NCBI GenBank assembly: GCA_964642935.1
Contig: CAZXRG010000001.1
Coordinates: forward strand, 1-60,444
Direction of reading: 5' to 3'
Length of the DNA stretch: 60,444 nucleotides
From: an uncultured Rhodobacterales bacterium
GTDB taxonomy: Bacteria; Pseudomonadota; Alphaproteobacteria; Rhodobacterales; Rhodobacteraceae
Below the pieces are notes generated by a model, which ran no database searches, was not told the origin of the DNA, and worked only from the letters and a program-made list of their open reading frames with translations. Both the position numbers and the translations under genes were made by a program. Position 1 is the first letter of the stretch. Every line of letters begins with the position of its first letter. Below, piece by piece: positions 33,279-43,815 of the stretch.

Positions 33279-34312
33279 AACTTTTGATCACTGGCGGCGC
33301 GGGCTTTATTGGATCCGCAGTTGTGCGCCAGGCCGTGCGCGAAGGACATAAGGTCGTCAATTTGGATGCCCTCACCTATGCTGCCTGTCTGGAGAACCTT
33401 GAATCTGTTAGCAACTCCGATCTATATACTTTTGAAAACGTTGATATTTGCGATCTCAACTCTCTAGGGAATGTCTTTGAAACTCATCAGCCGGATGCGG
33501 TGATGCATCTGGCCGCGGAATCCCATGTAGATCGCTCTATTGATGGGCCGGGACAGTTCATCGAAACCAATGTCACCGGCACCTACAACATGCTGGAAGC
33601 CGCGCGCAGCTACTGGGTTTCCAAAAGTCGCCCAGAGGCTTTCCGTTTTCATCACATCTCCACAGACGAGGTTTATGGCTCGCTGGGAGAAACCGGACTT
33701 TTCACTGAAGACACACCCTATGATCCCCGCTCGCCCTATTCCGCCTCCAAAGCCGCCTCTGATCATCTGGTTCGCGCTTGGGGCGAAACCTATGGGTTGC
33801 CCGTGCTGGTCACCAATTGCTCAAACAATTATGGCCCCTACCACTTTCCCGAAAAACTGATACCTGTGGTGATCCTGAATGCGCTCGCAGGCAAGGACAT
33901 CCCAATCTATGGAGATGGCTCCAATATCCGCGACTGGCTCTATGTTGAGGATCATGCAGACGCGCTGCTTACAGTGCTTCAGAAAGGCGCCGTTGGACGG
34001 ACCTATAATATCGGCGGCGAGAACGAAGCAAGCAACCTTGATCTGGTCAAAACTATATGCTCTCTGCTTGATGAAATGCACCCTACTTCAAAGCCTTACG
34101 CGGATTTGATCACCTTTGTGACAGATCGCCCAGGCCATGATCAGCGCTATGCTATTGACCCCACGCGCATCCGCGAGGAATTAGGCTGGCGCCCCTCCGT
34201 AACCGTCGAGGAAGGCTTGCGCAAAACCGTGCGTTGGTATCTGGACAATCAAGACTGGTGGCGCGCTTTGCAAAACCGTCAGGGCGTTGGCGAGCGCTTA
34301 GGTCGCAGCTGA
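33275..34312 (+). CDS. rmlB: dTDP-glucose 4,6-dehydratase
   Basis: 345 aa. [24 protein letters not shown] and [12 protein letters not shown] (YxxxK). Confidence 0.96.
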   Translation: MKLLITGGAGFIGSAVVRQAVREGHKVVNLDALTYAACLENLESVSNSDLYTFENVDICDLNSLGNVFETHQPDAVMHLAAESHVDRSIDGPGQFIETNVTGTYNMLEAARSYWVSKSRPEAFRFHHISTDEVYGSLGETGLFTEDTPYDPRSPYSASKAASDHLVRAWGETYGLPVLVTNCSNNYGPYHFPEKLIPVVILNALAGKDIPIYGDGSNIRDWLYVEDHADALLTVLQKGAVGRTYNIGGENEASNLDLVKTICSLLDEMHPTSKPYADLITFVTDRPGHDQRYAIDPTRIREELGWRPSVTVEEGLRKTVRWYLDNQDWWRALQNRQGVGERLGRS

Positions 34313-35359
34313 TTGACGGCGCACCAAAGCAACAAGGCGTGATTTGAGCCGCATCGCCGGCTCTTCCACCAAATGCCAGGACAAAACCGAACACAGCAAG
34401 GTCAACAGAAAGGCGACGACCATGTTGAACAGCGGTGTCTGCGTGCCAAACCACCAGATGGCGAAGCCCTGCAATGGGAAGGCATAGATATAAATCCCGT
34501 AAGAATAATCCCCCAGCCGGTTATAGGCGCGCAGCAGCCCTCCCGGCACATATCCCAACCAAAACACCGCATAACTCAGCGCCAGCGTTAGCCCCAGATC
34601 ATAAAACACGGTGCCCTTCAGCGCCCAAGCCAAAGCAGTCAAGGCAACCACACCAATCAGCGACAATGGCAGCTTGTCGCGCCAGATGTAAAACGCCATC
34701 CCCATCGCAAAAGGCAGCGACAGGTCCTGCAAAGCCTCAAGCCGCTCGATCCGGGTTCCGTATATTTCAATAAAGAACCAGACCCCAAGATAGGCTGCAA
34801 AACCAAGCGCCATCCAAACCTTGCTCCGCAGCATCCCAACTATCCCAAGCACGAAAACGCCCATATAACAGGCGACCTCGTAAATCAGGGTCCAGATTGA
34901 ACCTTCCACATTAGGATAGGGCTGGGTCTCAAAAACCCCCGGCAGATCATATTGCAAGAATACCAGCATCGTGTTGCGGATCACAAATCCATAGGTCTGC
35001 GGGTCCGTGAAATAGGCCCCAAGACTAAGGGTTGTCACCACTGGCCCAAGCAGAAACGCAACCAAAAGCAGGCTGACAACAAGCCCCGGCACAAGGCGCA
35101 AGAACCGCGCGACCAAGAAGCCTTGCCAGGATGACGAGCGCATGAAGCTCATGGAAATCAGAAATCCAGAGATCACGAAAAATGCAAAAACCGACAAGCC
35201 GCCAAGTGTGCGCCCTGTCAAAGCTTTCAGCGGCTCCTCAGCGCCCGGCCCCAGTGTGATTGGATAGGCATGCGACACAAGAACCGCAGTTGCTGCAAAA
35301 GCACGGATCAGGTTCAGATTGTTATCTCGCCCATCCGCAACATCCTTTAGAAAAACCAT
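34298..35359 (-). CDS. Acyltransferase family 3 (polysaccharide O-acyl/acetyltransferase) membrane protein
   Basis: 353 aa. [22 protein letters not shown] is the family signature, with about 10 TM segments. Its 3' end overlaps the rmlB 3' end by 15 nt (convergent). Confidence 0.85.
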   Translation of the reverse strand: MVFLKDVADGRDNNLNLIRAFAATAVLVSHAYPITLGPGAEEPLKALTGRTLGGLSVFAFFVISGFLISMSFMRSSSWQGFLVARFLRLVPGLVVSLLLVAFLLGPVVTTLSLGAYFTDPQTYGFVIRNTMLVFLQYDLPGVFETQPYPNVEGSIWTLIYEVACYMGVFVLGIVGMLRSKVWMALGFAAYLGVWFFIEIYGTRIERLEALQDLSLPFAMGMAFYIWRDKLPLSLIGVVALTALAWALKGTVFYDLGLTLALSYAVFWLGYVPGGLLRAYNRLGDYSYGIYIYAFPLQGFAIWWFGTQTPLFNMVVAFLLTLLCSVLSWHLVEEPAMRLKSRLVALVRRQSAAT

Positions 35360-35465
35360 ATCACTCTACGCCTTTGATCATTCGCAAAACCATCATTTGC
35401 AACAGGCCGGTTTTATGAGAAAAGCGCCCAGCCGAATAGGGCTAAAAAATACAAGGGAGAAAACT

Positions 35466-36332
35466 ATGTCTGTCCAGCCTCTGGTTTTCGGGCGCACAGG
35501 TCAGGTCGCGAGCGCTCTCGCAACAGCCCGGCCCAATGCCACCTTTCTCAGCCGCGCAGAAGTCGACCTCACGGCACCACAAACATGCGCAGATGCAATT
35601 CATGCCCAAAAACCTGATTTTGTGATCAATGCCGCCGCCTATACCGCTGTGGACAAGGCCGAAGAAGAAGAGGATCTGGCGCATGCCATCAACGCACAGG
35701 CGCCCAAAGCCATGGCCCAAGCCTGTGCAGAGCTCGACATTCCCTTCATTCACATCTCGACAGATTATGTCTTTGACGGGTCAGGCACGCGCCCTTGGCA
35801 GACGACCGATCCTGTTGCGCCATTGGGCGCTTATGGGCGCACAAAGCTTGCGGGTGAGCAGGCAATCCTAGCGGCCGGGGGGCCCAATGCGATTTTGCGC
35901 ACAGCTTGGGTGTTTTCTGAAACCGGCAATAATTTCGTCAAAACAATGTTGCGCCTTGGCGCCAGCCGAGATGAGTTGAGCGTCGTGGGCGACCAAGTTG
36001 GCGGGCCGACCTCTGCCAATGCAATTGCGGCGGCCTGTCTCGCCATGGGGGAACAGCTCTTGCAAGGCCAAGGCCGCTCTGGTCTCTACCATTTCACAGG
36101 CAGCCCTCATGTAAGCTGGGCGGAATTCGCCCGCGAGATTTTCGCGCAGGCAGGGCTTGCCTGCGCAGTCAAAGATATCCCCTCCTCAGCCTATCCAACA
36201 CCTGCAAAACGCCCTATGAACTCTCGGTTGGATTGCTCTGATATTAAAAGTGAATTTGGCATAGAAGAGCCTGACTGGACAGCAGATCTCAAAGACGTAA
36301 TCACCTTACTGGAAGGCACCCATGCAACGTAA
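35466..36332 (+). CDS. rmlD: dTDP-4-dehydrorhamnose reductase
   Basis: The ATG at 35466 is preceded by [32 protein letters not shown] and YGRTKLAGE (YxxxK) are present. Confidence 0.93.
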   Translation: MSVQPLVFGRTGQVASALATARPNATFLSRAEVDLTAPQTCADAIHAQKPDFVINAAAYTAVDKAEEEEDLAHAINAQAPKAMAQACAELDIPFIHISTDYVFDGSGTRPWQTTDPVAPLGAYGRTKLAGEQAILAAGGPNAILRTAWVFSETGNNFVKTMLRLGASRDELSVVGDQVGGPTSANAIAAACLAMGEQLLQGQGRSGLYHFTGSPHVSWAEFAREIFAQAGLACAVKDIPSSAYPTPAKRPMNSRLDCSDIKSEFGIEEPDWTADLKDVITLLEGTHAT

Positions 36333-37194
36333 AGGCATCATTCTGGCTGGCGGCTCTGGCACCCGGCTTTACCCGATCACCATGGCTGTCTCCAAACAGC
36401 TTTTACCGCTTTATAACAAGCCAATGATCTACTACCCGCTGTCGGCCCTGATGCTGTCAGGTATCCGCGAGGTGGCGATCATCACCACCCCTGAGGATCA
36501 GGCCCAGTTCCAGCGCCTGCTGGGCGATGGCAGTCAATGGGGCATGACCCTGACTTGGATCGTTCAGCCTTCGCCCGATGGCCTTGCACAGGCTTATATC
36601 CTCGCCGAAGAATTTCTGGATGGCGCCCCATCTGCGATGGTTCTGGGCGACAATATCTTCTTTGGTCATGACCTTCAAAAGATGTTGCAAGACGCCAGCG
36701 CTCAAGAGAGCGGCGGCACTGTGTTTGGCTATCATGTAGCCGATCCCGAGCGCTACGGTGTGGTTGCTTTTGATGAGGATGATCGCGCGATCTCTATCGT
36801 TGAAAAGCCTGCAAAACCTGCCTCAAACTTTGCCGTAACCGGGCTCTACTTTTTGGACGGTCAGGCCTCTGAACGTGCACGCGCTGTGCAGCCCTCGGAG
36901 CGAGGCGAGCTGGAGATCACATCTCTACTAGAAATTTATCTCAATGAGGGCTCTCTCACGGTCAGCCGTATGGGCCGCGGCTTTGCCTGGCTTGATACCG
37001 GCACGCATGACAGCCTGATTGAGGCCGGCGAGTTCGTGCGCACCATCGAAAAGCGGCAAGGATTCATGATCGGATGCCCCGAAGAGATCGCCTATTTCAT
37101 GGGCTGGATCACAGCTGATGAGCTGCGCGAATTGGCCAAACCGTTCCTGAAAACAGAATACGGGACATATCTTTTGCGAGTGGCCGGGGAGTAA
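36322..37194 (+). CDS. rmlA: Glucose-1-phosphate thymidylyltransferase
   Basis: 290 aa. [17 protein letters not shown] and YDKPMIYYP-like [12 protein letters not shown]. Overlaps the rmlD end by 11 nt. Confidence 0.96.
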   Translation: MQRKGIILAGGSGTRLYPITMAVSKQLLPLYNKPMIYYPLSALMLSGIREVAIITTPEDQAQFQRLLGDGSQWGMTLTWIVQPSPDGLAQAYILAEEFLDGAPSAMVLGDNIFFGHDLQKMLQDASAQESGGTVFGYHVADPERYGVVAFDEDDRAISIVEKPAKPASNFAVTGLYFLDGQASERARAVQPSERGELEITSLLEIYLNEGSLTVSRMGRGFAWLDTGTHDSLIEAGEFVRTIEKRQGFMIGCPEEIAYFMGWITADELRELAKPFLKTEYGTYLLRVAGE

Positions 37195-37224
37195 TCCCCC
37201 GCCACCGGCATGCGCAAGACGTGA

Positions 37225-38829
37225 TTACTGCGGCAAATATGCCGGCAGCTTAGGCAGCACTTCAGTCATGAGGTTGCGCACCCGCGCATCTGCTGCTGCA
37301 ACTGTTTCACCTGGTACAATAGACGTTGTGAAGCGCACAATTGCACCGTCACCGCGTCCTGTCAGGAGCGCGTCCTTGATGGTTACAAGCTTGACCCGGA
37401 AATCGTTGATCATCCGAGTGCCACGCTGTTCAAACCAGTAATAGACCAGCTGCTTCTCTAATCCTTTTTGAATGATCGCCCTGTTCACCTGAAACGGCTC
37501 CCACCCAGTCTCAGTCTTCAGGTCAACTGTAAACGGGTTCACGTCAAACATCTCCCAACCACCAACCGGCAGACAAACTTCTGGGCTATGGATGCCTGTT
37601 CCATCTGTTTGGTCATGATAAAAAGCTGAGAAGAACCCAACCGATGCAGGCTCACCCGCCGACAGATAGTTCATCTGAACGTAGTCATCCGCACCAAGGA
37701 CATGTTCAACAGCAGAATCAAGGCTAATGCTGTTGCCATGCCAGTCACCAAGGATCAGCGGGAAAAAGCCAAACGGTTCCCGCTCAACCCGGTTATGTTC
37801 GTTCTGAGGGATCAACTGCCAAGCGATTGAAATCACAACCGTCAACACAGCCATCGCACCCAAAAGCTTTGTAAACGGGATCTTTGTCACCCGCATGGCC
37901 TGCTCATCCAGACCTTCAAAGTCAATGTCGAGCGCTTCTGCCAATGGCTTGGGATTTTTTTGCAAGCGCTGCATCAAAATGGCCAACAAGAACAGGATTC
38001 CGACACAAGCACCAAAAATGACCCAGCCCTCAAAGTAGTGCAGGAAACCCTCTGCATGCTCGATCCCGTAATTATCCACCAAAACGCCGATCACACCAAT
38101 GCGGAATGCGTTCATGAACACTGTGATCGGTGCGGCCGACAGCAGGAGGACGATCTTGTGCCACCTTGGCCCATTATAGAGCACGCAGAACACATAGGAG
38201 AAACTTAGGATCGGGAAGAGATAACGCAAACCTGAACAGGCTTCTGCCACCTGCAACTTGTAGATGCCAAGATCAATGATATTGCCTTCCAGGAAGACCG
38301 AAATGCCCATGACTTCGATGAACCAAACACCCAACTCAGAGGAGATGAGTTGCAAATAAATCGTCAACTGCCAGTAGATGAACTGAGGCAGGGGCAACAT
38401 GTAGACAAGGTGCAAAACCCCAGTCCAGAACAGAAGACCCCGTGAGAAGCCAAAGCACAGCAGCACCATGCCGCCGACCCAAACAATAAAGCCGTAAGTG
38501 ACAATATCCGGGATGCGGATCAGGTTGCCAAAGATCGCAATCGCAAGGGCGGCGACAATAACAACCGCGCCGGGCCAGCGCACAACTTTGTACTCAACAG
38601 GGGGAACTTTGCGCATATCGCGCAAAAACAAGTAGAGCGACAGAATCGGAATAATCGGCCCGTGGCTGTATTCCGGGGTTGCCCAGGCAACTCCAAGCGA
38701 CACAAATCCAAACCAGAAAATCGGCAGCGAGGCGACCAGTATCAACAGGAACCAAATCCCGCCAAAACCATGGTCACCTAGGTTTTTCATCATTTGCCCG
38801 CGGGGACTGAACTGGGCGGTATCCGCCAT
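37225..38829 (-). CDS. Exosortase fused to a C-terminal EpsI-family domain
   Basis: 534 aa. Polytopic N-terminal half with the catalytic-Cys motif AEACSGLRYLF, the conserved Arg in NAFRIGVIG, and His in FLHYFEGW. The C-terminal ~200 aa carry the EpsI hallmark GIHSPEVCLPVGGW. Subtype (XrtA versus VPLPA-specific XrtD) cannot be assigned by eye. Confidence 0.85.
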   Translation of the reverse strand: MADTAQFSPRGQMMKNLGDHGFGGIWFLLILVASLPIFWFGFVSLGVAWATPEYSHGPIIPILSLYLFLRDMRKVPPVEYKVVRWPGAVVIVAALAIAIFGNLIRIPDIVTYGFIVWVGGMVLLCFGFSRGLLFWTGVLHLVYMLPLPQFIYWQLTIYLQLISSELGVWFIEVMGISVFLEGNIIDLGIYKLQVAEACSGLRYLFPILSFSYVFCVLYNGPRWHKIVLLLSAAPITVFMNAFRIGVIGVLVDNYGIEHAEGFLHYFEGWVIFGACVGILFLLAILMQRLQKNPKPLAEALDIDFEGLDEQAMRVTKIPFTKLLGAMAVLTVVISIAWQLIPQNEHNRVEREPFGFFPLILGDWHGNSISLDSAVEHVLGADDYVQMNYLSAGEPASVGFFSAFYHDQTDGTGIHSPEVCLPVGGWEMFDVNPFTVDLKTETGWEPFQVNRAIIQKGLEKQLVYYWFEQRGTRMINDFRVKLVTIKDALLTGRGDGAIVRFTTSIVPGETVAAADARVRNLMTEVLPKLPAYLPQ

Positions 38830-39057
38830 GTGATGGCCTCTTCACAAACACTGACACTGTTACCCCAGCGTCGCTGACAATACGACAGGCCGATGAAATT
38901 ATACCGGCCTAGTGTGGCAATATCATGGGAGCCCCAAAAAGCCAACTGACAAGGCTGTTATACAGCTCAAATCAGGCAAATGCATGGCAACCATGTCGCA
39001 CAGTTCGCGCACGCATATGGCACGTGCAGTGCACAGCACATACGCAAAAGGCAGGTT

Positions 39058-40476
39058 TTAGACCCGCGCGTAAATATCCTCATAACGGATGATATCATCC
39101 TCACCCAGATAGGGGCCCGACTGCACTTCGATCAGATGCAGGTCCACTTTGCCCGGATTGGCGAGGCGATGCACAGCCCCCAGCGGGATATAAACCGACT
39201 GGTTCTCGGTCAGCAGCTTCTCTTCTTCGCCCACAGTCACCGTGGCCGCCCCCTCAACCACAACCCAGTGCTCTGAGCGATGCACATGGGATTGCAAGGA
39301 GAGCTGCGCGCCCGGTTTGACCATGATGCGCTTGACCTGAAAGCGCCCGCCAAGGGACAGGGTTTCATACCAGCCCCAAGGGCGGTAGCAGCGCGGGAAT
39401 TCTTCGGCCTGTGGTGCTTTTTCAAGCTTCAGCTTGGTCACGACTTCCTTGACGCGCTGGCTCTGATCTAGAGGCGCGATCAGCACCGCATCACCCATCG
39501 CGACCGCCGCAATGTTATTGAGCCCAATGCCCACAAGCTGCTGATGCTTGTTTTCCGCGCGCAGCAGCGTATTTTCGCAATCAATCGCGGTCACCGGACC
39601 CGATGTTGATAAGCCTTGCGCATCTGGGCCGGTTTCATGCCACACGGCTTCCCAAGAGCCAAGATCAGACCAACCGCCTGCGTAAGGGACAACGCTCAGT
39701 TTCTTGGCGCGTTCCATCACCGCATAATCGATAGAGATGTCTTCTGCCTCGCCAAAGGCTTCTTCTTCAAGACGGAAGAAGCCAAGGTCAGGGCGACCCT
39801 CTTCAACCGAGCGGCGCACAGGGGCAACAAGGTCGGGGCAGTGCTTTTCAAAGGCATCAATAATTTCAGAGACTTTGAAAAGGAAAATTCCTGCATTCCA
39901 AAGATGTTGTCCGGAGTTGCTCATCTTATCTGCATTGGCCTCATCAGGCTTTTCCACGAAGCTTTTCAGCTTATGGGCCACTGGCGTGAAATCTTCGAGC
40001 TTCTTGTCCAGCTCCAGATAGCCATAGCCGGTTTCAGCGCGGGTTGGGCGAATGCCAAAGGTCACAAGCTGGCCCGCCTTGGCCGCATCAGCCCCGGCCA
40101 TTACTGCCGCGCGGAAGGCTTTTTCATCTTCAATCACATGATCCGAAGGGGCGACCAGCATCAGCGCATCAGGCTGATCTTTGAGCGACAGGGCCGCGGC
40201 CAGAATGGCAGGGGCCGTGTTGCGCGCCACAGGCTCGATCAGGATTTTCGCTTCTTCAAAGCCGGCCTCTGAGAGCTGCTCGGTGACGATAAAGCGGAAA
40301 TCTGTGTTGGTGAGGATGACGGGCGCGCCGAAACCTTCGCCTGAGAGGCGTTTAAGGGAGGCTTGGTACAAGCTGTCTTCGCCAACGAGCGGGGCGAATT
40401 GCTTGGGGTAGCTTTTACGGGAGAGCGGCCAAAGCCGGGTGCCGGAACCGCCTGCGAGGATGACTGGATAAATCAT
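39058..40476 (-). CDS. manC: Mannose-1-phosphate guanylyltransferase / mannose-6-phosphate isomerase (bifunctional)
   Basis: 472 aa. [20 protein letters not shown], and a C-terminal cupin with RPWGWYE...VKRIMVKPGAQLSLQSHVHRSEHWVVV. GGGAGAA SD. Confidence 0.93.
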   Translation of the reverse strand: MIYPVILAGGSGTRLWPLSRKSYPKQFAPLVGEDSLYQASLKRLSGEGFGAPVILTNTDFRFIVTEQLSEAGFEEAKILIEPVARNTAPAILAAALSLKDQPDALMLVAPSDHVIEDEKAFRAAVMAGADAAKAGQLVTFGIRPTRAETGYGYLELDKKLEDFTPVAHKLKSFVEKPDEANADKMSNSGQHLWNAGIFLFKVSEIIDAFEKHCPDLVAPVRRSVEEGRPDLGFFRLEEEAFGEAEDISIDYAVMERAKKLSVVPYAGGWSDLGSWEAVWHETGPDAQGLSTSGPVTAIDCENTLLRAENKHQQLVGIGLNNIAAVAMGDAVLIAPLDQSQRVKEVVTKLKLEKAPQAEEFPRCYRPWGWYETLSLGGRFQVKRIMVKPGAQLSLQSHVHRSEHWVVVEGAATVTVGEEEKLLTENQSVYIPLGAVHRLANPGKVDLHLIEVQSGPYLGEDDIIRYEDIYARV

Positions 40477-40496
40477 GGGGTTTCTCCCTGTTACTC

Positions 40497-41717
40497 TTAC
40501 TTTTCTGCCACGCGCTGATAGGCGGCGATCAATGGTTCGATCTGGTGTTCCCAGCTCAGCTCGGATTGAACGCGATTGCGCCCGTATTCACCCATTTTGG
40601 CACGGGTGTCAGGATCCGCCAAAAGGCCCGCGATCTTGTCGGCCATATCCTGCGTATTATTGGGTTCTGCGTAAAGCGATGCTTCAAGGGCTGAGCGGCG
40701 ACCTTCGGTGACTTCAAATTGGACTATAGGCTTTGAAAAAGCCATATATTCCAATATTTTATTCATCGTACTTTTATCGTTCATCGGATTAACCCGATCC
40801 GGGTTCACACAGACATCCGCACTGCTCAGAACATCGAACAATTCTGCATCCGGTGCACGGCCAGTAAAGGTCACATGCTCATCAAGGCCCAGTTTAGTCG
40901 CCAGCGCCTTGAGATCTTCAAGCGCGGGGCCGCCACCCACCAGAACGCATTGCACATTCAGGCCCATCTCAAAGTTGAGATGCACCAGCGCGTCGAGCAG
41001 CAGATCAATGCCTTCTTGGTCACCCATCACGCCAAGATAGCCGATCATGAAATCACGGCCATTCTTCCATTTGGGATCAGGCTCTGAGACCACAAGGCGC
41101 GAAAGATCCGGGCCGGAACGCACGATAAACACGTCCTCAGGCTTCATGCGCCCACGTGTGAGGGCCACTTCTTGGTAGCTTTCATTGGTGGAAATGGCGA
41201 CATTGGCTGAAGCGTAGTTCAGCCGCTCAAACAAGACCATGAGACGCCAGAAAAACCCACGTTTTCCAAACTTTGCTTCATAAAGCTCAGGATTAATATC
41301 GTGGTGATCAAAGATGTATTTTTTGCCCAAAAGCTTGAACTGCCAAGCGATCAAAAAGATCAGATCCGGCGGGTTGCAGCCCTGCACCGTATCAAAGCCG
41401 TGCTTACGCCAGATTTTCCAGGCCAGACGGGTCTCGTGAAAGAGGGCGGCGCCGTATTCCAGCAGGTAGCCCGAGGCGCCCTTAGCATCAATCGGCAGCG
41501 TGTGGCGGTAGATATGGATGCCCTCAAGCTCCTCATAACGCTCCTCATAGCCTTTGCCCGTGGGGCAGATAATCGCCACCTCTGCGCCTGCGGCTTTGAG
41601 CGTGCGGCATTCATGCCAAACGCGTCGATCAAAGGGCAGTGGCAGATTCTCCACAATCATTAGGATCTTGCGGCCCTTGAGCGGTTGCTCCGCCCTCATG
41701 TCATCTAAGGTTTTCAT
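40497..41717 (-). CDS. Family 4 (GT-B, group 1) glycosyltransferase
   Basis: 406 aa. KILMIVENLPLPFDRRVWHE N-terminus; C-terminal E...E region (PMNDKSTMNKILEYMAF.KPIV). Its ATG shares a base with the stop of the upstream dehydrogenase gene (TAATG). Confidence 0.85.
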   Translation of the reverse strand: MKTLDDMRAEQPLKGRKILMIVENLPLPFDRRVWHECRTLKAAGAEVAIICPTGKGYEERYEELEGIHIYRHTLPIDAKGASGYLLEYGAALFHETRLAWKIWRKHGFDTVQGCNPPDLIFLIAWQFKLLGKKYIFDHHDINPELYEAKFGKRGFFWRLMVLFERLNYASANVAISTNESYQEVALTRGRMKPEDVFIVRSGPDLSRLVVSEPDPKWKNGRDFMIGYLGVMGDQEGIDLLLDALVHLNFEMGLNVQCVLVGGGPALEDLKALATKLGLDEHVTFTGRAPDAELFDVLSSADVCVNPDRVNPMNDKSTMNKILEYMAFSKPIVQFEVTEGRRSALEASLYAEPNNTQDMADKIAGLLADPDTRAKMGEYGRNRVQSELSWEHQIEPLIAAYQRVAEK

Positions 41718-42979
41718 TACAAGCTATTGATATCTAATATGTTTGATGTATCAGAGAGGCTGAGTTGGTTGATCGTCGCATTGGCCTTGATCACGCGAGC
41801 ATATTTCGTTGCCTCCGCGTGCTTTTTATCGACCAGAATGCGCTCCAGCGTGGGCAACTGACTATAGGCATAGCCGAGATTGGCGCCAATGAGCTTGCTG
41901 GCGTCAATGGCCGGGTCATAAATCTCCAGCTCATAGCCCGCGCCCAGAAGCTTGCGCGCCAGATCCACATTCGGGCTTTCGCGCAGATCATCTGTGTCGG
42001 CTTTAAAGGCGAGACCGGCGAGCAGGATTTTTGCGCCCGGCTCCAAGCCTTCGCGCGCGTAATCAAACAGGCGGTGTTTGTGGGCCTCATTGGAGCGGAT
42101 CAGGCTGTCAACCAGATGGGTGTTCGCCCCGCAATCGGCTGCAATGTATTGCAGCGCACGCACATCCTTGGGCAGGCAAGAGCCGCCAAAAGCGCCGCCG
42201 GGGCGGGTGTAATAGGGGGAGATGTTGAGCTTGGTGTCTGAGACGAAAATCTCATGCACCTGACTCGCCTCAATCCCGAGATTCATACAGACGCGGCCGA
42301 TCTCATTGGCAAAACCGACCTTCACCGCATGCCATGTATTGTCGACAAACTTGGTGAACTCAGCCTCGCGGTACCCCACAACAAAGGTCGGAGCTTCGAT
42401 GTTTTTGTTCAGTTCTTCCATCGCTGCATTGGGCTTTTTGTCTGCTGTACCAATCACGATTTTTGGAGGTTCAAAGTAATCCTTTACAGCACTGCTTTCA
42501 CGCAAGAATTCTGGGTTATATACAAGGGATATGCCCCCCATGTCATCCCCAAGGATCGAGGTGAAAATCGGTGCGATCAGCTCTTCAATGGAACCGGGGC
42601 GAATAGTAGAGCGGTAAGCCACAGTCAGCTTGCCCCCTGCCCCATCGCGCATGGCAGTGGCGATCTGGCGGGAGACTTCTGCGATGAAGCCCATGTTATG
42701 TGAGCCATCCGCCGCAGAGGGCGTGCCCACACAGACAATCGCAAGATCAGCGCCCTCAATCGCTTCAGCCGCAGAGGTCACAGCAGAAATGCGCCCCTTG
42801 GCGAGCCCATCTTTGAGCATTTCCTCAACGCCGGGCTCTGTGATCGGTGGGATGCCGGCGAGTATGGCGGAGGTTTTCTTTTCGGAAACATCAACGCCGA
42901 CGACCTCATGTCCCTCAGAGGCGATGCAACAGGCTGCTGTAAACCCAACATAGCCCAAACCAAAAATGGCAACTTTCAT
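41717..42979 (-). CDS. GDP-mannose 6-dehydrogenase-like nucleotide-sugar dehydrogenase (AlgD-like)
   Basis: Start re-picked to the ATG at 42979 (MKVAIFGLGYVG). NPEFLRESSAVKDY, WHAVKVGFANEIG, YYTRPGGAFGGSCLPKDVRAL and FKADTDDLRESP track my recollection of Pseudomonas AlgD much more closely than Ugd-type enzymes do. Compare the ugd gene at 1299 with GGSCFPKDTKAL. manC lies two genes downstream. Confidence 0.75.
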   Translation of the reverse strand: MKVAIFGLGYVGFTAACCIASEGHEVVGVDVSEKKTSAILAGIPPITEPGVEEMLKDGLAKGRISAVTSAAEAIEGADLAIVCVGTPSAADGSHNMGFIAEVSRQIATAMRDGAGGKLTVAYRSTIRPGSIEELIAPIFTSILGDDMGGISLVYNPEFLRESSAVKDYFEPPKIVIGTADKKPNAAMEELNKNIEAPTFVVGYREAEFTKFVDNTWHAVKVGFANEIGRVCMNLGIEASQVHEIFVSDTKLNISPYYTRPGGAFGGSCLPKDVRALQYIAADCGANTHLVDSLIRSNEAHKHRLFDYAREGLEPGAKILLAGLAFKADTDDLRESPNVDLARKLLGAGYELEIYDPAIDASKLIGANLGYAYSQLPTLERILVDKKHAEATKYARVIKANATINQLSLSDTSNILDINSL

Positions 42980-43098
42980 GTGTACTTCTCTCATAAACCG
43001 CGAAATCAACAACGAGGACGCGATACCCCCGATTGGTTGCCGCGTCTATGGAAGAGTTTTGCGGCAGCTTTTTGACAGATTCCAACATTTCTACAAAC

Positions 43099-43815
43099 TT
43101 ACCGCCGCAGCAGCCGTCTGCGCAGCCGTTCAAGGCGCGCATGGAGCCGTGCGTTCGGCATCCCATCTTCGCCCAACAAGCGCCGCCCCCACAGGGTTGG
43201 CTGAGCCGCCCCGGCCCGCACAGCTTCAACCCCTGCCTGTTCTATCGTCGCCCCCGCGGGGCACTCAAACCGGTTCGCAAGGGGATAATAATTGCGCAGC
43301 GTATGGAAATCGCAGCCAACTGTCGCAGGCAATCCTGTCGTCTTGATAAGGTTCAGCGCCTCTGCACCATAGAAAATACCATCAGATTTGCGGTTCCAAA
43401 GCTCAATACCAGCCAGGTAGGGCACCCAATCTGCCTGAAACTGCTCAAAGGCTTTTCGCCGGATCGGATGCGCAAAGACCGCAACGCCGCTTTGGTCGCG
43501 CACAGCCTCCAGCGTTTCCATGACAGGTCTGTGTTCCGCCAAAAACTGCGACAACCCCCAGGTCAGGATGTGAATGTCATTGTCAGGGGAGGAATATTCT
43601 ATGCCCGGCACCAGGACGCAGCGACCTTTTGAGGCCGCCGCGCATTCCGCCACAAAGTCAGGCCAGCGCGCAGGATCGAAATCCCTGTCATGCTCGGTCA
43701 TAAAGACCGCATCTGCCCCCAACCTGCCAAAGAAGCGAGCAATTTCAGCCAAGCTCCAACTGCCGTCATAGGACCATGTGGAATGGGCATGAAAGACTGC
43801 TTTGATTGTGCTCAT
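43099..43815 (-). CDS. PHP-domain metal-dependent phosphoesterase
   Basis: The ATG at 43815 forms an ATGA overlap with the ATP-grasp stop. VFHAHSTWSYDG is PHP motif I, followed by FMTEHD, GIEYS and AHP. Confidence 0.75.
   Translation of the reverse strand: MSTIKAVFHAHSTWSYDGSWSLAEIARFFGRLGADAVFMTEHDRDFDPARWPDFVAECAAASKGRCVLVPGIEYSSPDNDIHILTWGLSQFLAEHRPVMETLEAVRDQSGVAVFAHPIRRKAFEQFQADWVPYLAGIELWNRKSDGIFYGAEALNLIKTTGLPATVGCDFHTLRNYYPLANRFECPAGATIEQAGVEAVRAGAAQPTLWGRRLLGEDGMPNARLHARLERLRRRLLRR

Noticed and set aside
39058-42979. Calling the locus an alginate (alg) operon
   Set aside because: Only the precursor genes (a manC/algA-like gene and an algD-like gene) and an AlgE-like secreted protein are present. 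The synthase-dependent machinery (Alg8, Alg44, AlgK, AlgX, AlgE porin, AlgL) is absent, and Wzx/Wzy/PCP genes are present instead.
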